Positions 28,836-40,883 of a stretch of 64,000 bases of DNA are shown here, in pieces (position 1 is the first letter of the stretch; every line of letters starts with the position of its first letter). The position numbers were made by a program, and so were the translations under genes. The stretch covers positions 1,984,001 through 2,048,000 of the forward strand of contig OZ037836.1 in NCBI GenBank assembly GCA_964035575.1, written 5' to 3'. This stretch comes from Rhynchopus sp. YZ270_cl-10. Its lineage: Eukaryota. The notes beneath the pieces were generated by a model. The model saw only the letters and a list, made by a program, of their open reading frames with translations. It did not search any database and was not told the DNA's origin.

Positions 28836-31604
28836 AATAGTGATTTTAAATAAAAACGCTAAAAAAGCTAGGAATTTGGGGGGCTTTTTTCGGGGGAAAA
28901 AAGGGTGAGGGGAGTTGGGTCCAGTCATAGGGGGTATAGCATATTTTTTGGAAAATTCTTCAAAAAATCAAGGATTTTTGCTGGGCACAATGAAAATTTT
29001 CAGAAAAATCCCAATTTTCGGCCAAATTTGGAGCAAATTATGGCCCACCCACCCCGATTTTGGGTCAAAAACCGACTTCATTTTTGCACAGGAGTGCCTA
29101 CGATTTCGTAAACCAGAGGTCCTCTGGATGCATGCATTGATAAACACAACACTGGAAATTGCAAGGAACGGGTCTGCATGTGCGTGTTCTCACCACAGTC
29201 ACAGGGTATGCACAAAATGACCGAAGTGCAATGGCGATAATGGAAAGATAGATGCCGGCATTGGTGAATTGCTGGAGTTCTGCACAGGAAGCTAGCATGA
29301 CGTAGAATTACTGTGTGAACAAAATGACCGTATTTTGGTTGAAAATTTGACTTACGACGAAAATTTTTTTCATAATTTGCCCAATCGAAGGTTTTCCTTG
29401 GATTTTTTGGGCCATTTTATGACGTACCACGCCCGATTTTGGGCGAAAAAAAAATTTTTTTTTTGGTCAAAAATCGCCTTGTATTACCACTGTATTGGTG
29501 TAGGCTTGTACACAGAAGTGTGTTTTGTGTAACCACAGATGGTCAAAACACCCGATTTTTGCATTTTTTTGCATTTTTTGGTGCCCAAAGACCCACCTCA
29601 GTGGTCGAAATTTTCCCGAAAAAAAAATTTTTTTTTTGAGATTTTTCGATTTTTTGACAAGGCGCTGGCCCATACAAAGTGCACTGGTGGTGCAGAAAAT
29701 GGCTGGGGAATAAACTCTAGATGCTCAAAACAGCCCAATTCTTGCTTTTTTTGCTTTTTTGGTCCCAGAAGGGTACCCAGGTGTAGTGAGCAGGCCTCAA
29801 AAGCACTTGTGAAAAAAATTCAACAACATGGGGTGTCCAGCGACCGCCGAGGCGTGGAAGGACACGTTCTACCCGAACACGCTTCAGCACCAGTCGCTGG
29901 CAGCGGGAGGGGATTGGCAGTCGGTGGATGACGCCCTCGCCTGCCTCTACCTGTGGAAAGAAGCGAAGAAGCCGTCGATGAGCTCCGACGAGGTGGAAGA
30001 GGCTTACACCCTCTACAACCGTCTGCGGGGCCTAAAGCGGAGCAGGAACTCGCGGCCGTCCCAGAGCACTTGAGTTTTTCTTTTTCATTCTTTACTTTTG
30101 TTTGGCTTTTAGCCTCCCCCCTCCCCCTTTGCCTATTGGTTTTATTTTATTTTATTTTTAGAATTAGAGTGTACAGCTAGGTAGGACCAGACGTCGTTAA
30201 CAGCTATGAACCAAAGAGGTTCTCAGTGTCGTCGGCCAAGCCCCTTCACCAAAAAAGACTACAACAAGAAAACAAACACACAGAAAAAAAAAGTAAAAGA
30301 ATGCCCTTCCTCAGTCCGGAAGTATCACCTCAACCGGTCACACCTGCCGTAAAATAGAGAGAGGTTACAGAATACAAAAAAAAAAAAAAAAATTTTTTTT
30401 TGAGATTTTTCGATTTTTCGCTAAGGCGCTGGCCCATACAAAATGGCTGGGGTGGTACAAAAAATGGCTGGGGAATTGACTCTAGATGCTCAAAACAGCC
30501 CAATTCTTGCTTTTTTGGACTTTTTGGTCCCAGAAGGGTACCCAGGTGTAGTGAACAGGCCTCAAAAACACTTGTGAAAAAAAAAAAAATTTTTTTTTTT
30601 TTTTGAGATTTTTGAAAAATCGGCAGATTTTGTGACCAATTTTGGCTGGGGAATTTCGACGACCAAAGGGTCCCCCCTGTGGAAAAAAACGCTAATTGGC
30701 GCGAATTTCATACCCTAATCGTGTCGCGCCAATTAGCGTTTTTTTTCGCGAAAAAACGGCTAAGTACAAAACGCGAATTGGCGCGAATTGGGGCAACCAG
30801 GGGCGAATATTAGGGTACCTCCAAAGCGGACTAGAACCGCCCACCCACAACGTCTGCTTCGCCCCCATGTGATGATGGACCGGTGGGGAGCAACCTTAGC
30901 GTCATCAGTGCGACATCTCCCACACAGGAGATATCATCAGCGTGTTCATCAGCGGTTACTTAACAGCGTTTTGAAAAGTGGAGTTCATCCTCGGGTGTCC
31001 ACACTAAGACAACCCAGTTTTCAAAATAAAAAACAGAACACCGGGGAGAGGAGCAAGGTAGCGCTGCCGCCTCGTGGCAAACTGGTTAGTGCTTTCGCAC
31101 CGTTCACACTTGTACTGAATATGCGAGACGTCTTCCCAGTTGCACGTCACGTCGATAAAATCCAGCGCCGAGTTGTACGCACTCCCGATGCTGGACACCA
31201 TAGTGTTCTCCTGTATGCAGCTGTCAGATGGCGCATGATAGCAAGTAGTAACGCTGCAAACACAAAAACACCTCCATTTGGAGTTCCGGTAAGGTATGCA
31301 CTAGAGTTCCGAACTGCGCCGCAGGCCCCCAATTGCATAGGGGGGTCTGGGGGGTTTGGGGGGCAAAGCCCCCCAATGGGGGGTTCGGGGGGCGAAGCCC
31401 CCCGGCGATCTTTTTTGGCCTGAAATTTGCCTGAAATTTGCCAAAATCAAAAATGAGTTTTGTGAAGGAATTTGCTAAGGAAAACACCCAATAATAGGCC
31501 ACTGTAGCAGTGCATATGATTCACCCACAGATGCTCAAAACATCAAAATTTTGCCGTTTTTTGCATTTTTCGGTGCACAAGGTCCCAAGGTCAGGCCCAA
31601 AAAA

Positions 31605-32062
31605 ATAACTATTTATTCGAGTGAAATAAGAACTATTTTATTTCACGCGCCACTAAAAAGGTGCCCGAGTGCGTTATTTCCCGAGCGAAGCGAGGGGAAT
31701 AAGAGTCACGAGGGTGCCTTTTTAGTGGCAAGTGCAAGAAAATGTTCTTATTTCACTCAATATGTAATTTTATTCCACAAGTGAAAAACGTATTTATGGT
31801 CGTAACTGGCCTAAACGTTGAGCCTAGCACCCACTTTTCACTTTCACGCTTTTTGGGGTAAAATTACGAACAAAAACAGCGTGAAAAAAAAAATATTTTA
31901 TTTGCAAAGGCATTTTGCAGGCAATTTTTTTTTTTTCACTCCGTGATATTTTATTTCACTCTCTGGGTTACCCTAGTGCAATTTGCGTGAAATAAAACGA
32001 ATCTTATTTCACTCACTTTTTAGGCCAGTTACGACCATAAAACGTTTTTCACGCGTGGTATA
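31605..32062. mobile_element. Non-autonomous palindromic element (Crypton-like architecture)
   Basis: Imperfect hairpin 31619-31758 centred on GCGAAGC; second inverted pair 31775-31815/32019-32058; interrupts an A-run of the 638-bp repeat unit; ATAA at both ends, no TIR. Confidence 0.6.
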
Positions 32063-34078
32063 AAAATTTTTTTTTCCAGGCTTGAAAAAGTAGTTGTCGA
32101 AAAAAAAATTTTTTTTTTTTTTTTGAAAATTTTTTTCTCGACATCTACTTTTCCAAGCCTGGGAAAATACCGGTAGGGGTACGTCATAGAGTAAAAACCA
32201 ATGTAGGAAAATACCAGTTCTTTTTCCAGGCTTGAAAAAGTAGATGTCGAAAAAAAATTTTTGGTCGAAAAAAAAAAAATTTTTTTTTGGACCCTCGGAC
32301 CACCTGGCGGGGCCTGTGTTGAAGAAATGTTGAAAAAAAACCGAAAATTTGGGCTCAAATGGGCATTTTCATGCAGGACCTCTGAAATGTGAATGATTCG
32401 TTTTTTGGGCAGAGAAGTGCGTTTTAGGTGCCCACAGAAGGCCAAAACATCAATTTTTTTGTGTTTTTGGCATGTTTGGACACCCAAGGACCCACTACCA
32501 GGGGTGACTTTTTTTTGGCCTGAAATTTGCCTTTGCCAAAATCAAAAATGAGTTTTGTGAAGGAATTTGCTAAGGAAAACACCCAATAATAGGCCACTGT
32601 AGCAGTGCATATGATTCACCCACAGATGCTCAAAACATCAAAATTTTGCCGTTTTTTGAATTTTTCGGTGCACAAGGTCCCAAGGTCAGGCCCAAAAAAA
32701 AATTTTTTTTTTCCAGGCTTGAAAAAGTAGTTGTCGAAAAAAAAAATTTTTTTTTTTTTTTGAAAATTTTTTTCTCGACATCTACTTTTCCAAGCCTGGG
32801 AAAATACCGGTAGGGGTACGTCATAGAGTAAAAACCAATGTAGGAAAATACCAGTTCTTTTTCCAGGCTTGAAAAAGTAGATGTCGAAAAAAAATTTTTG
32901 GTCGAAAAAAAAAATTTTTTTTTTTGGACCCTCGGACCACCTGGCGGGGCCTGTGTTGAAGAAATGTTGAAAAAAAACCGAAAATTTGGGCTCAAATGGG
33001 CATTTTCATGCAGGACCTCTGAAATGTGAATGATTCGTTTTTTGGGCAGAGAAGTGCGTTTTAGGTGCCCACAGAAGGCCAAAACATCAATTTTTTTGTG
33101 TTTTTGGCATGTTTGGACACCCAAGGACCCACTACCAGGGGTGACTTTTTTTTGGCCTGAAATTTGCCTTTGCCAAAATCAAAAATGAGTTTTGTGAAGG
33201 AATTTGCTAAGGAAAACACCCAATAATAGGCCACTGTAGCAGTGCATATGATTCACCCACAGATGCTCAAAACACCAAAATTTTGCCGTTTTTTGCATTT
33301 TTCGGTGCACAAGGTCCCAAGGTCAGGCCCAAAAAAAAAATTTTTTTTTCCAGGCTTGAAAAAGTAGTTGTCGAAAAAAAAAAATTTTTTTTTTTTTTTT
33401 GAAAATTTTTTTCTCGACATCTACTTTTCCAAGCCTGGGAAAATACCGGTAGGGGTACGTCATAGAGTAAAAACCAATGTAGGAAAATACCAGTTCTTTT
33501 TCCAGGCTTGAAAAAGTAGATGTCGAAAAAAAATTTTTGGTCGAAAAAAAAAAATTTTTTTTTTGGACCCTCGGACCACCTGGCGGGGCCTGTGTTGAAG
33601 AAATGTTGAAAAAAAACCGAAAATTTGGGCTCAAATGGGCATTTTCATGCAGGACCTCTGAAATGTGAATGATTCGTTTTTTGGGCAGAGAAGTGCGTTT
33701 TAGGTGCCCACAGAAGGCCAAAACATCAATTTTTTTGTGTTTTTGGCATGTTTGGACACCCAAGGACCTACTACCAGGGGTGACTTTTTTTTGGCCTGAA
33801 ATTTGCCTTTGCCAAAATCAAAAATGAGTTTTGTGAAGGAATTTGCTAAGGAAAACACCCAATAATAGGCCACTGTAGCAGTGCGTATGGTTCACCCACA
33901 GATGGTCAAAACATCAAAATTTTGCCGTTTTTTGCATTTTTCGGTGCACAAGGACCCAAGGTCAGGGCCAAAAAAAAAAATTTTTTTTCCAGGCTTGGAA
34001 AAGTAGTTGTCGAAAAAAAAAAAAATTTTTTTTTTTTTTGAAAATTTTTTCTCGACATCTACTTTTCCAAGCTTGGAA
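32063..34078. repeat. About 638-bp tandem repeat, roughly 3 copies plus a partial unit at about 31413-31604
   Basis: TGAAATTTGCCTTTGCCAAAATC recurs at 32521, 33158 and 33797. Confidence 0.95.
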
Positions 34079-35645
34079 AAAAAACTGATATTTACTGGTA
34101 TCAACTGGTATTAACTGAGATTTGACGTAGCCTCCAAAGAATCCAAAAAACCTCAGAAATACATGTTCGTGAATAAACATTTGCAAGTCAAAATTCAACC
34201 ACAATACGGTCATTTTGTGCATACCCTGTAGTAGTGGCTAGAGAGCACGCATGCAGACCTGTTCCTTGCAATTTCCAGTGTTGTGTTTATCAATGCATGC
34301 ATCCAGAGGACCTCTGGTTTGCGGAATCGTAGGCACTCCTGAGCAAAAATGAAATCGGTTTTTGACCCAAAATCGGGGTGTGTGGGCCTAATTTGCTCCA
34401 AATTTGGCCGAAAATTGGGATTTTTCTGAAAATTTCATTGTGCTCAGCAAAAATCCTTGCTTTTTTGAAGAATTTTCCAAAAAATATGCTATACCCCCTA
34501 TGACTGGACCCAACTCCCCTCACCCTTTTTTTTTTTCACCCAAAAGGGCCGGAAATTTTACACACGAATACACAAACTTACGGACCCCCCTTGGACTTTT
34601 TTAAACTTGGGACATTTTTACGTCCCAGAATATTTACGTCCCAGAATTGTCTGTGTGACCTTCCCCCCTCCCTCACCCATGCACTTCGGTGCAAACCCAA
34701 ACATGTCCAACAAACAAAAAAAATGTGCATACTTGGGCCGGTTATGATCCCTCCGCCAACCACCCACACCCCCAAAAATTGACAAGTACCCGGAAAACCG
34801 CCCGAACAATTCTGGGACGTAACAAAACTGGGACAATTGGGGAAAAATCTGAAACTTGGGACATTTTTACGCCCCAGAATTTTTACGATTACGGTAATAC
34901 CAACAGAATATTATTGTGAAGCTGGTGATGTTTTTTTATGCACAGTTCTTTGCACCCTCGCGTGCGTACACTGATACAACCAAGCATGTTGTTGTTTTAT
35001 ACTAAGTTTAGACAAATGCTTTGGTGGGAATTGATTTGAATGTCTTTTTGTTTTCGTGGACATCACACTTGCGACATAAATTTATGATAGAAATCTTTTA
35101 GTGAAAACGCGAAGACGATTCTCGTGCTCCTCACTTCACCCCCACACCATTTCAATGCAACATGTTAGACCGTTTGGTCTGGGAGGGTTTAGGGTTCTTC
35201 TCTGTCTCAGTGATATGTTGAGCCAGCACGAGAGGTCAACGAAGCTTTCAAAAACAAAACAAAAGACCTCTCCCCTTGCAACTGTTTGTTGTCTCTTGCG
35301 TACTCTCACCCCCAATTGAAAACACCTTGCACAAAACAGAGAGACACAAAACCATGGAAATATGTGTGAAGAGCTTTGACGGAGAGAAGTACACAGTCGA
35401 GGTGGGTGTGGATGATACAACTGCGGACATACGGCGGAAGGTGGCGTCTGCAGCAGAGTTGCGCGAAGACGGCTTTGACATGAGCTTCGGAGAGAAGGTG
35501 ATGGCCGAAGGAGACTACATCACGCAGCTGAGTGCTGGGGACACAGTTGTGCTGACGAAGAAGACGAAGTCGCAGAAGGACGACGCCATTGCAGCTCTTC
35601 GTGACTTGGGTGAGACGGAGCTGACGTCAGACAGGTTCAGAGGTC

Positions 35646-36242
35646 CCGACGGCGGACCGCCCCCCATAGCACATTTTTGCGGTGCACGGGCGTACGGGAT
35701 TAGTATCTTTTTTTGAGAGAACCCAAGAGCGGCCAGGTCCTGGACAAGTACGTTGTGCTTTTAGACCTACAAACTGTCTGGGGTGGTGGGATCGGGGCGA
35801 AGGGTGCTTCCCGGGACCCCAATATCCTACCACAAGGAGCTCGAGTCGTGCATGGAATGCAGGGTACTCTGAGCCGATTACTTCCACAACTCCCAGATCC
35901 CAAGACCTCCACGGGGGGCAGGCCTCCACGGAAACCCGCGACCGCCGACACCTTAGCTCCGTACTGCCTCTGTCTGTAACCTGCCGGTCCCCCACCTACC
36001 TACGCTTTTTGTGGTGTCTTTTTACGACGGTGGACCAAGGGGGCTTTGCAGTGCAGTCAACGCCGACGGAGCGAGACTCGATTGTGACCGGGTGAAAAGG
36101 GAACCTTAGCCAGCGCTAACCAGCGGCAGTTTTGACTCAGGGAGGAGTTTCTCACCGCAGACTGGCGACACACCCCCACTTTTTCGGGGTGGCTGCATTC
36201 CTCTTCGGAACGGGGTGTTCCATCCTATTTTTAAAAACGTTT
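35646..36242. mobile_element. 597-bp insertion with a perfect 20-bp target-site duplication
   Basis: GTCAGACAGGTTCAGAGGTC at 35626-35645 and 36243-36262; insert absent from paralogs. Confidence 0.9.
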
Positions 36243-36809
36243 GTCAGACAGGTTCAGAGGTCTGAGAGATCCCAAGCTGATTCATTTGTTTCTGCAGGCG
36301 GAGGTTGTTACTGAGACCCCTGATGAATTCCTGAGAGGTGGCAGGTTCTCAGAACTTGATCTCAGTGGTGTGCCAGGTGTTACCTGTATAGGTGGCTCCT
36401 TCCTTCAGTGGTGCATCTCATTGACCACAGTCGATATTTCTGGGTGGAACAATGTGACGCAGATGGGAAGGTATTTTCTCTCCAACTGCATCACATTGCA
36501 AACCCTTGACTTGTCTGGGTGGAACAAAGTGACGCGAATTGATGCGTACTTTCTCTGCAACTGCGTCGCATTGCGAAGCCTGGACTTGTCTGGGTGGAAC
36601 AATGTGACGCGAATTGATGAGTACTTTCTCGTCAACTGCAAATCATTGACCACACTGGATATTTCTGGGTGGAACAATGTGACGGAGCTTGGGCACTCTT
36701 TTCTCTGCGACTGCAGCGCATTGCGAAGCCTTGACTTGTCTGGGTGGAAGAATGTTACGGGGGTTGATAGGTGCTTTCTTTTCAAGTGCACCTCATTGAC
36801 CACGCTGGA

Positions 36810-37422
36810 GGGGACAAAAACGTGAGGTGGCAGCCCCCCGGCATTTTTGCCCTGGCGTCCCCGGATATAATCTCTTTTTTGAGTGAACGAAGGCCACGCG
36901 TGGGATGGTTGCATTGCACTTTTGCAAACCCGGGCACATGATACTGGAGGGTCCAAAGCAACTGGAGGAGGTGTATGCTGGGCTTTTTGTGCCCTCAGGG
37001 ATTTAAGCGACCCTGCACCTACTTTACGACCATGCAGAGCTTTTGCTTTTCTTTTCTTTGCTTTTCTTTGCTTTTTGTAGGTGCTAACCTGCGGCAGTGG
37101 TTTGCATCAGTTGGGTGTTCCACTCACCGCAGTTTAGAGAATTAGGAGATGCCAGTCATTCGTTCCTCCCATTGGAATGACTGGTGGTTTTATTGTTGTT
37201 TATTTCTTTTGACGCTGCCAGAGTGCGGACCTTGACCTGGCTTATATACTAACCTAGGCCACCAGCGGTGGTATACGGCCCCTGTTCACTTAGGTGTCGC
37301 TTCTTTGTTGGGTATAAGTCAGCAAATGGGATCAAGCCACTCTCTGGCACACCGTGGTGCCATCCTTCCCTTTTGCTGGTTTTTCTTTTTGCGGGGGTGG
37401 ATCACGTTTTTCAAGTTTAATA
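36810..37422. mobile_element. 613-bp insertion with an imperfect 18-bp flanking duplication
   Basis: CTCATTGACCACGCTGGA / CTCACTGAAGACACTGGA; short subterminal inverted repeat AAAAACGTGA...TCACGTTTTT. Confidence 0.8.
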
Positions 37423-38865
37423 CTCACTGAAGACACTGGATATTTCTGGATGGAACAATGTGACGCAGCTGGGAAATTCGTTCCTTTCCAACTGTACTGC
37501 ATTACAAACACTTGACTTATCTGGGTTGACGACTGTGCAGCGCATTGGCACAGACTTCCTGATAGATTGCATTCTACCCACAAGCAGCATCAACGTCACC
37601 GGATCGAGCAGTGTTGTGTCAGAATATGTGAACAGCCGTAGCCTCATCGAAGATTCCAACGACCTTAGCCAAGCCGCCGAAGTGGTCGAAGGAGATACGA
37701 AGTGCAAATGTGTGTGCATGTGAGGCATGTGCATCTTTCGAGAGGCTAGGCGCTCATTGCGATGTTCAGAGAACCACTTTTTGATGTTGTACTTCCAAAA
37801 GGAAGTGCACTATTGTACGTTTTTTTTTTTGGATTAGATTGTTTTTCTGGTCTTATTACATACAACGCAGAAGTACGTCACGACAGCTTTGTTTTGTTTT
37901 GTTTTGTTTTGTTTTGCGATGTGTGGACGAGCCAATGCATCTTGCACGTTTTTCCCATACCCTTCTCTCAACTCCATCCGTAGGGTAAGTTAAGGTACAA
38001 GGTACAGGATCGCAATCGATGCACGGGGAGGGAACTGGGTCTCAGTGGTGTGCCATGTGTGAATAAAATAATAAAACCTACATTCTTGAACTATTCTCCT
38101 GACTGATTTTCGTTGGACGCATCCCTTTCTGCAATTCAATTCAAGCACCAACGTGTGTGCATGTCAGGCACAGTGTGTTCCCTCAAGATAGTGCTTGCCT
38201 TTTACTTTTATTCGGACATCTCAAACTAATCTTTGTTTTTTGTCATTTTGATTTCTCTTGTTCTCTTCTGCGCACGAACAACGTATTTTTGCCCTTTTGC
38301 TGCCCCCTTTTTTGTACCACAGTGGACAGGCTCAGTACCCCCTGCACAACTATGCTTGTGCACGAGAGAGACCTCATGGAGCTTTCAAGGTTTCGTTCTT
38401 TCGTTCAATTGCCCCTTCATTTGTGTGTGTGAATATTTTTGTGTTGTGAGAGAAATGTGCAGGGTTGGACCCCTGTAGTCATGATAAAAGCGATGCCGCC
38501 ATTGAGCGACTCATAGACGCATGAGTGATAGACGTTGTCGCTGTGGTATCCCGCCTCGCAGAGGAAGGTGTTTTTTGACACAGCAACTTCGTGAGTCAGT
38601 ATCGGTCTGCGAATCAAATTGAAAACGGCGTGTTTGCGCGTCATATCGCAGAGGATAGAGAAACTGAAAAGTCATGAAAATAACAAAAGTATGGTGCCAA
38701 GTTCACAAGGAACACATAGTGGAGCACATCCTCGGGTGTCCACACTAATACAACGAAGCTTTCAAAACAAAACAAAAGACCTCTCCCCTTGTAACTGTTT
38801 GTTGTCTCTTGCGTACTCTTGCCCCCAATTGAAAACACCTGCACAAAACAGAGAGACACAAAACC

Positions 38866-39795
38866 ATGGAAATATGTGTGAAGAGCTTTGACGGAGAGAA
38901 GTACACAGTCGAGGTGGGTGCGGATGATACAACTGCGGACATACGGCGGAAGGTGGCGTCTGCAGCAGAGTTGCGCGATGACGGCTTTGACATGAGCTTC
39001 GGTGGGAAGCTGCTGGCCGAAGGAGACGACACGACGCAGCTGAGTGCTGGGGACACAGTTGTGCTGACGAAGACGAAGTCGCAGAAGGACGACGCCATTG
39101 CAGCTCTTTGTGACTTGGGTGAGACAAGGCTGACGTCAGAGAGGTTCAACGGTCTGAGAGATCCCAAGCTGGTTCATTTGTTTCTGCAGGCGGAGGTTGT
39201 TACTGAGATCCCCAATCACGTCTTGAGAGATGAGACATTCGAAGAACTTGATCTCAGTGGTGTGCCAGGTGTGACTGACGTAGGCCACTCCTTCCTCGAA
39301 AGCTGCAGGTCATTGCACACTGCTGACTTATCTGGGTGGAGCAATGTCACATGTACTTCATCACACTTTCTCTCCAAATGCACCTCACTGACCACACTGG
39401 ATCTATCTGGGTGGAACAATGTGACGTACATTGGGATGTACTTCCTCTCCACCTGCACTGCATTGCGAACCCTTGACTTGTCTGGGTGGAACAATGTGAG
39501 GCTGGTTGATGACTACTTCCTCTCATACTGCACCTCGTTGACCACACTGGATATTTCTGGGTGGAACAATGTGACGCGTATCTGTAGCTTGTTTCTCTTC
39601 AACTGCACTGCATTGCGAAGCCTTGACATGTCTGGGTGGACGAGTGTGCAGCACATAGGTACAGACTTCCTAACATGCAACATACCCACAAGCAGCATCA
39701 ACATCACCGGATCGAGCAGTGTTGTGTCAGAATATGTGCATGACTATAGCTGTAGCCTCGTGGACGATACCAAGTGCAAATGTGTGTGCATGTGA
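38866..39795 (+). CDS. UBL-LRR-CaaX protein, 309 aa, about 6 LRRs
   Basis: Same architecture; ends CKCVCM. Confidence 0.92.
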   Translation: MEICVKSFDGEKYTVEVGADDTTADIRRKVASAAELRDDGFDMSFGGKLLAEGDDTTQLSAGDTVVLTKTKSQKDDAIAALCDLGETRLTSERFNGLRDPKLVHLFLQAEVVTEIPNHVLRDETFEELDLSGVPGVTDVGHSFLESCRSLHTADLSGWSNVTCTSSHFLSKCTSLTTLDLSGWNNVTYIGMYFLSTCTALRTLDLSGWNNVRLVDDYFLSYCTSLTTLDISGWNNVTRICSLFLFNCTALRSLDMSGWTSVQHIGTDFLTCNIPTSSINITGSSSVVSEYVHDYSCSLVDDTKCKCVCM

Positions 39796-39930
39796 GGCAT
39801 GTGCATCTTTCGAGAGGCTTGGCGCTCATTGCGATGTTCAGAGAACGAATTTTAGGAAAACTCAGTGACACTGTCACGAGAGGGCTTTGTATTTCAACTC
39901 TACTTTTTTACATAATACCAACAGAATATT

Positions 39931-40883
39931 ATGGAAGAGTCCATAAACCTACTGTACTGTGTATACTGTGTATACTGTGTATACTGTGTATACTGTGTAT
40001 ACTGTGTATACTGTGTATACTGTGTATGCAGTTGCTACAGACGTTATTCTGTGTTCAAACCCACACACCTTTTCATCTCTTCATTTGTGTGCATATTTGT
40101 ATTTTGTGTTGTGAGAGCAATGTGCAGGGTTGGACCCCTGTAGTCATGATAAAAGCGATGACGCCATTGAGCGACTCATAGGCGCATGAGTGATAGACGT
40201 TGTCGCTGTGGTATCCCGCCTCGCAGAGGAAGGTGTTTTTTGACACAGCAACTTCGTGAGTCAGTATCGGTCTGCGAATCTAATTGAAAACGGCGTGTTT
40301 GCGCGTCATATCGTAGAGGATAGAGAAACTGAAAAAGTCATGAAAATACAAAACTTACATAAAGCCAACGAAAACGATGGTGGCCAAGTTCACAAGGAAC
40401 ACACAGGAGCAAAAAGTCCGAGTGGAAGTTATCTACAGTCATCCAACAAACGTTGGTGGGTAAAAACGTTGGTGGATTTGGGGTCTCGAAAAAATTTGGT
40501 GGGTTTTTTGGATTAGAACTGCATTTTTGAGTTTCCTTTACGTGGACCCCTATGCCCTTCCTCCCCTCCCCCACTTCCACCCAAACCCGATCCAGATTGA
40601 AAAAATAATACCGCAAAAGTAAAAAAAGATGCCCCATATACAAAACCTGCTGCAGGTTTACACCGTCAATGTTGCACTTTTGGGTTTGCGGGTACATGGT
40701 AAACACAGGTTAGAAACCACTAAGGTTGGTGGGTAAAAAGCTTGGTGGGGTAAAAACGTTGGTGGGTTTGGGGTCTCGAAAACATTTGGTGGGTTGTTAC
40801 CCCACCAACCTTTGTTGGATGACTGTAATGTGAAAAAAATTCAAAAGGTTACCCTTTAGGGGTGGGTTTATGGACTCTTCCAT
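39931..40883. mobile_element. TIR-bounded element containing an (ACTGTGTAT)8 array and a copy of the intergenic module
   Basis: ATGGAAGAGTCCATAAACC ... GGTTTATGGACTCTTCCAT, flanked by AATATT on both sides; empty site at about 34905-34925; exact ends ambiguous because the flank is palindromic. Confidence 0.65.

Larger units (their letters stand above)
24493..30673. mobile_element. Nested foldback-like element with long (about 300-380 bp) inverted repeats
   Basis: 24493-24870 is matched in reverse by 30390-30673 and 29540-29819. Confidence 0.65.
24218..34894. mobile_element. 10.7-kb TA-targeting TIR element (Tc1/mariner/pogo-like CCGTA ends) filled with nested repeats
   Basis: TA|CCGTAATCGTAAGAATTCTGGGGCGTAAAA ... 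TTTTACGCCCCAGAATTTTTACGATTACGG|TA; empty site TTACATAATACCAAC at about 11963 and 39908. Confidence 0.9.
35354..37723 (+). pseudogene. UBL-LRR-CaaX gene interrupted by two ~600-bp insertions
   Basis: Coding pieces 35354-35645, 36243-36809 and 37423-37723 match the paralogs; ends CKCVCM. Confidence 0.88.

Noticed and set aside
32029..34222. Repeated K/F-rich ORFs
   Set aside because: Products of A/T homopolymers in the 638-bp tandem repeat
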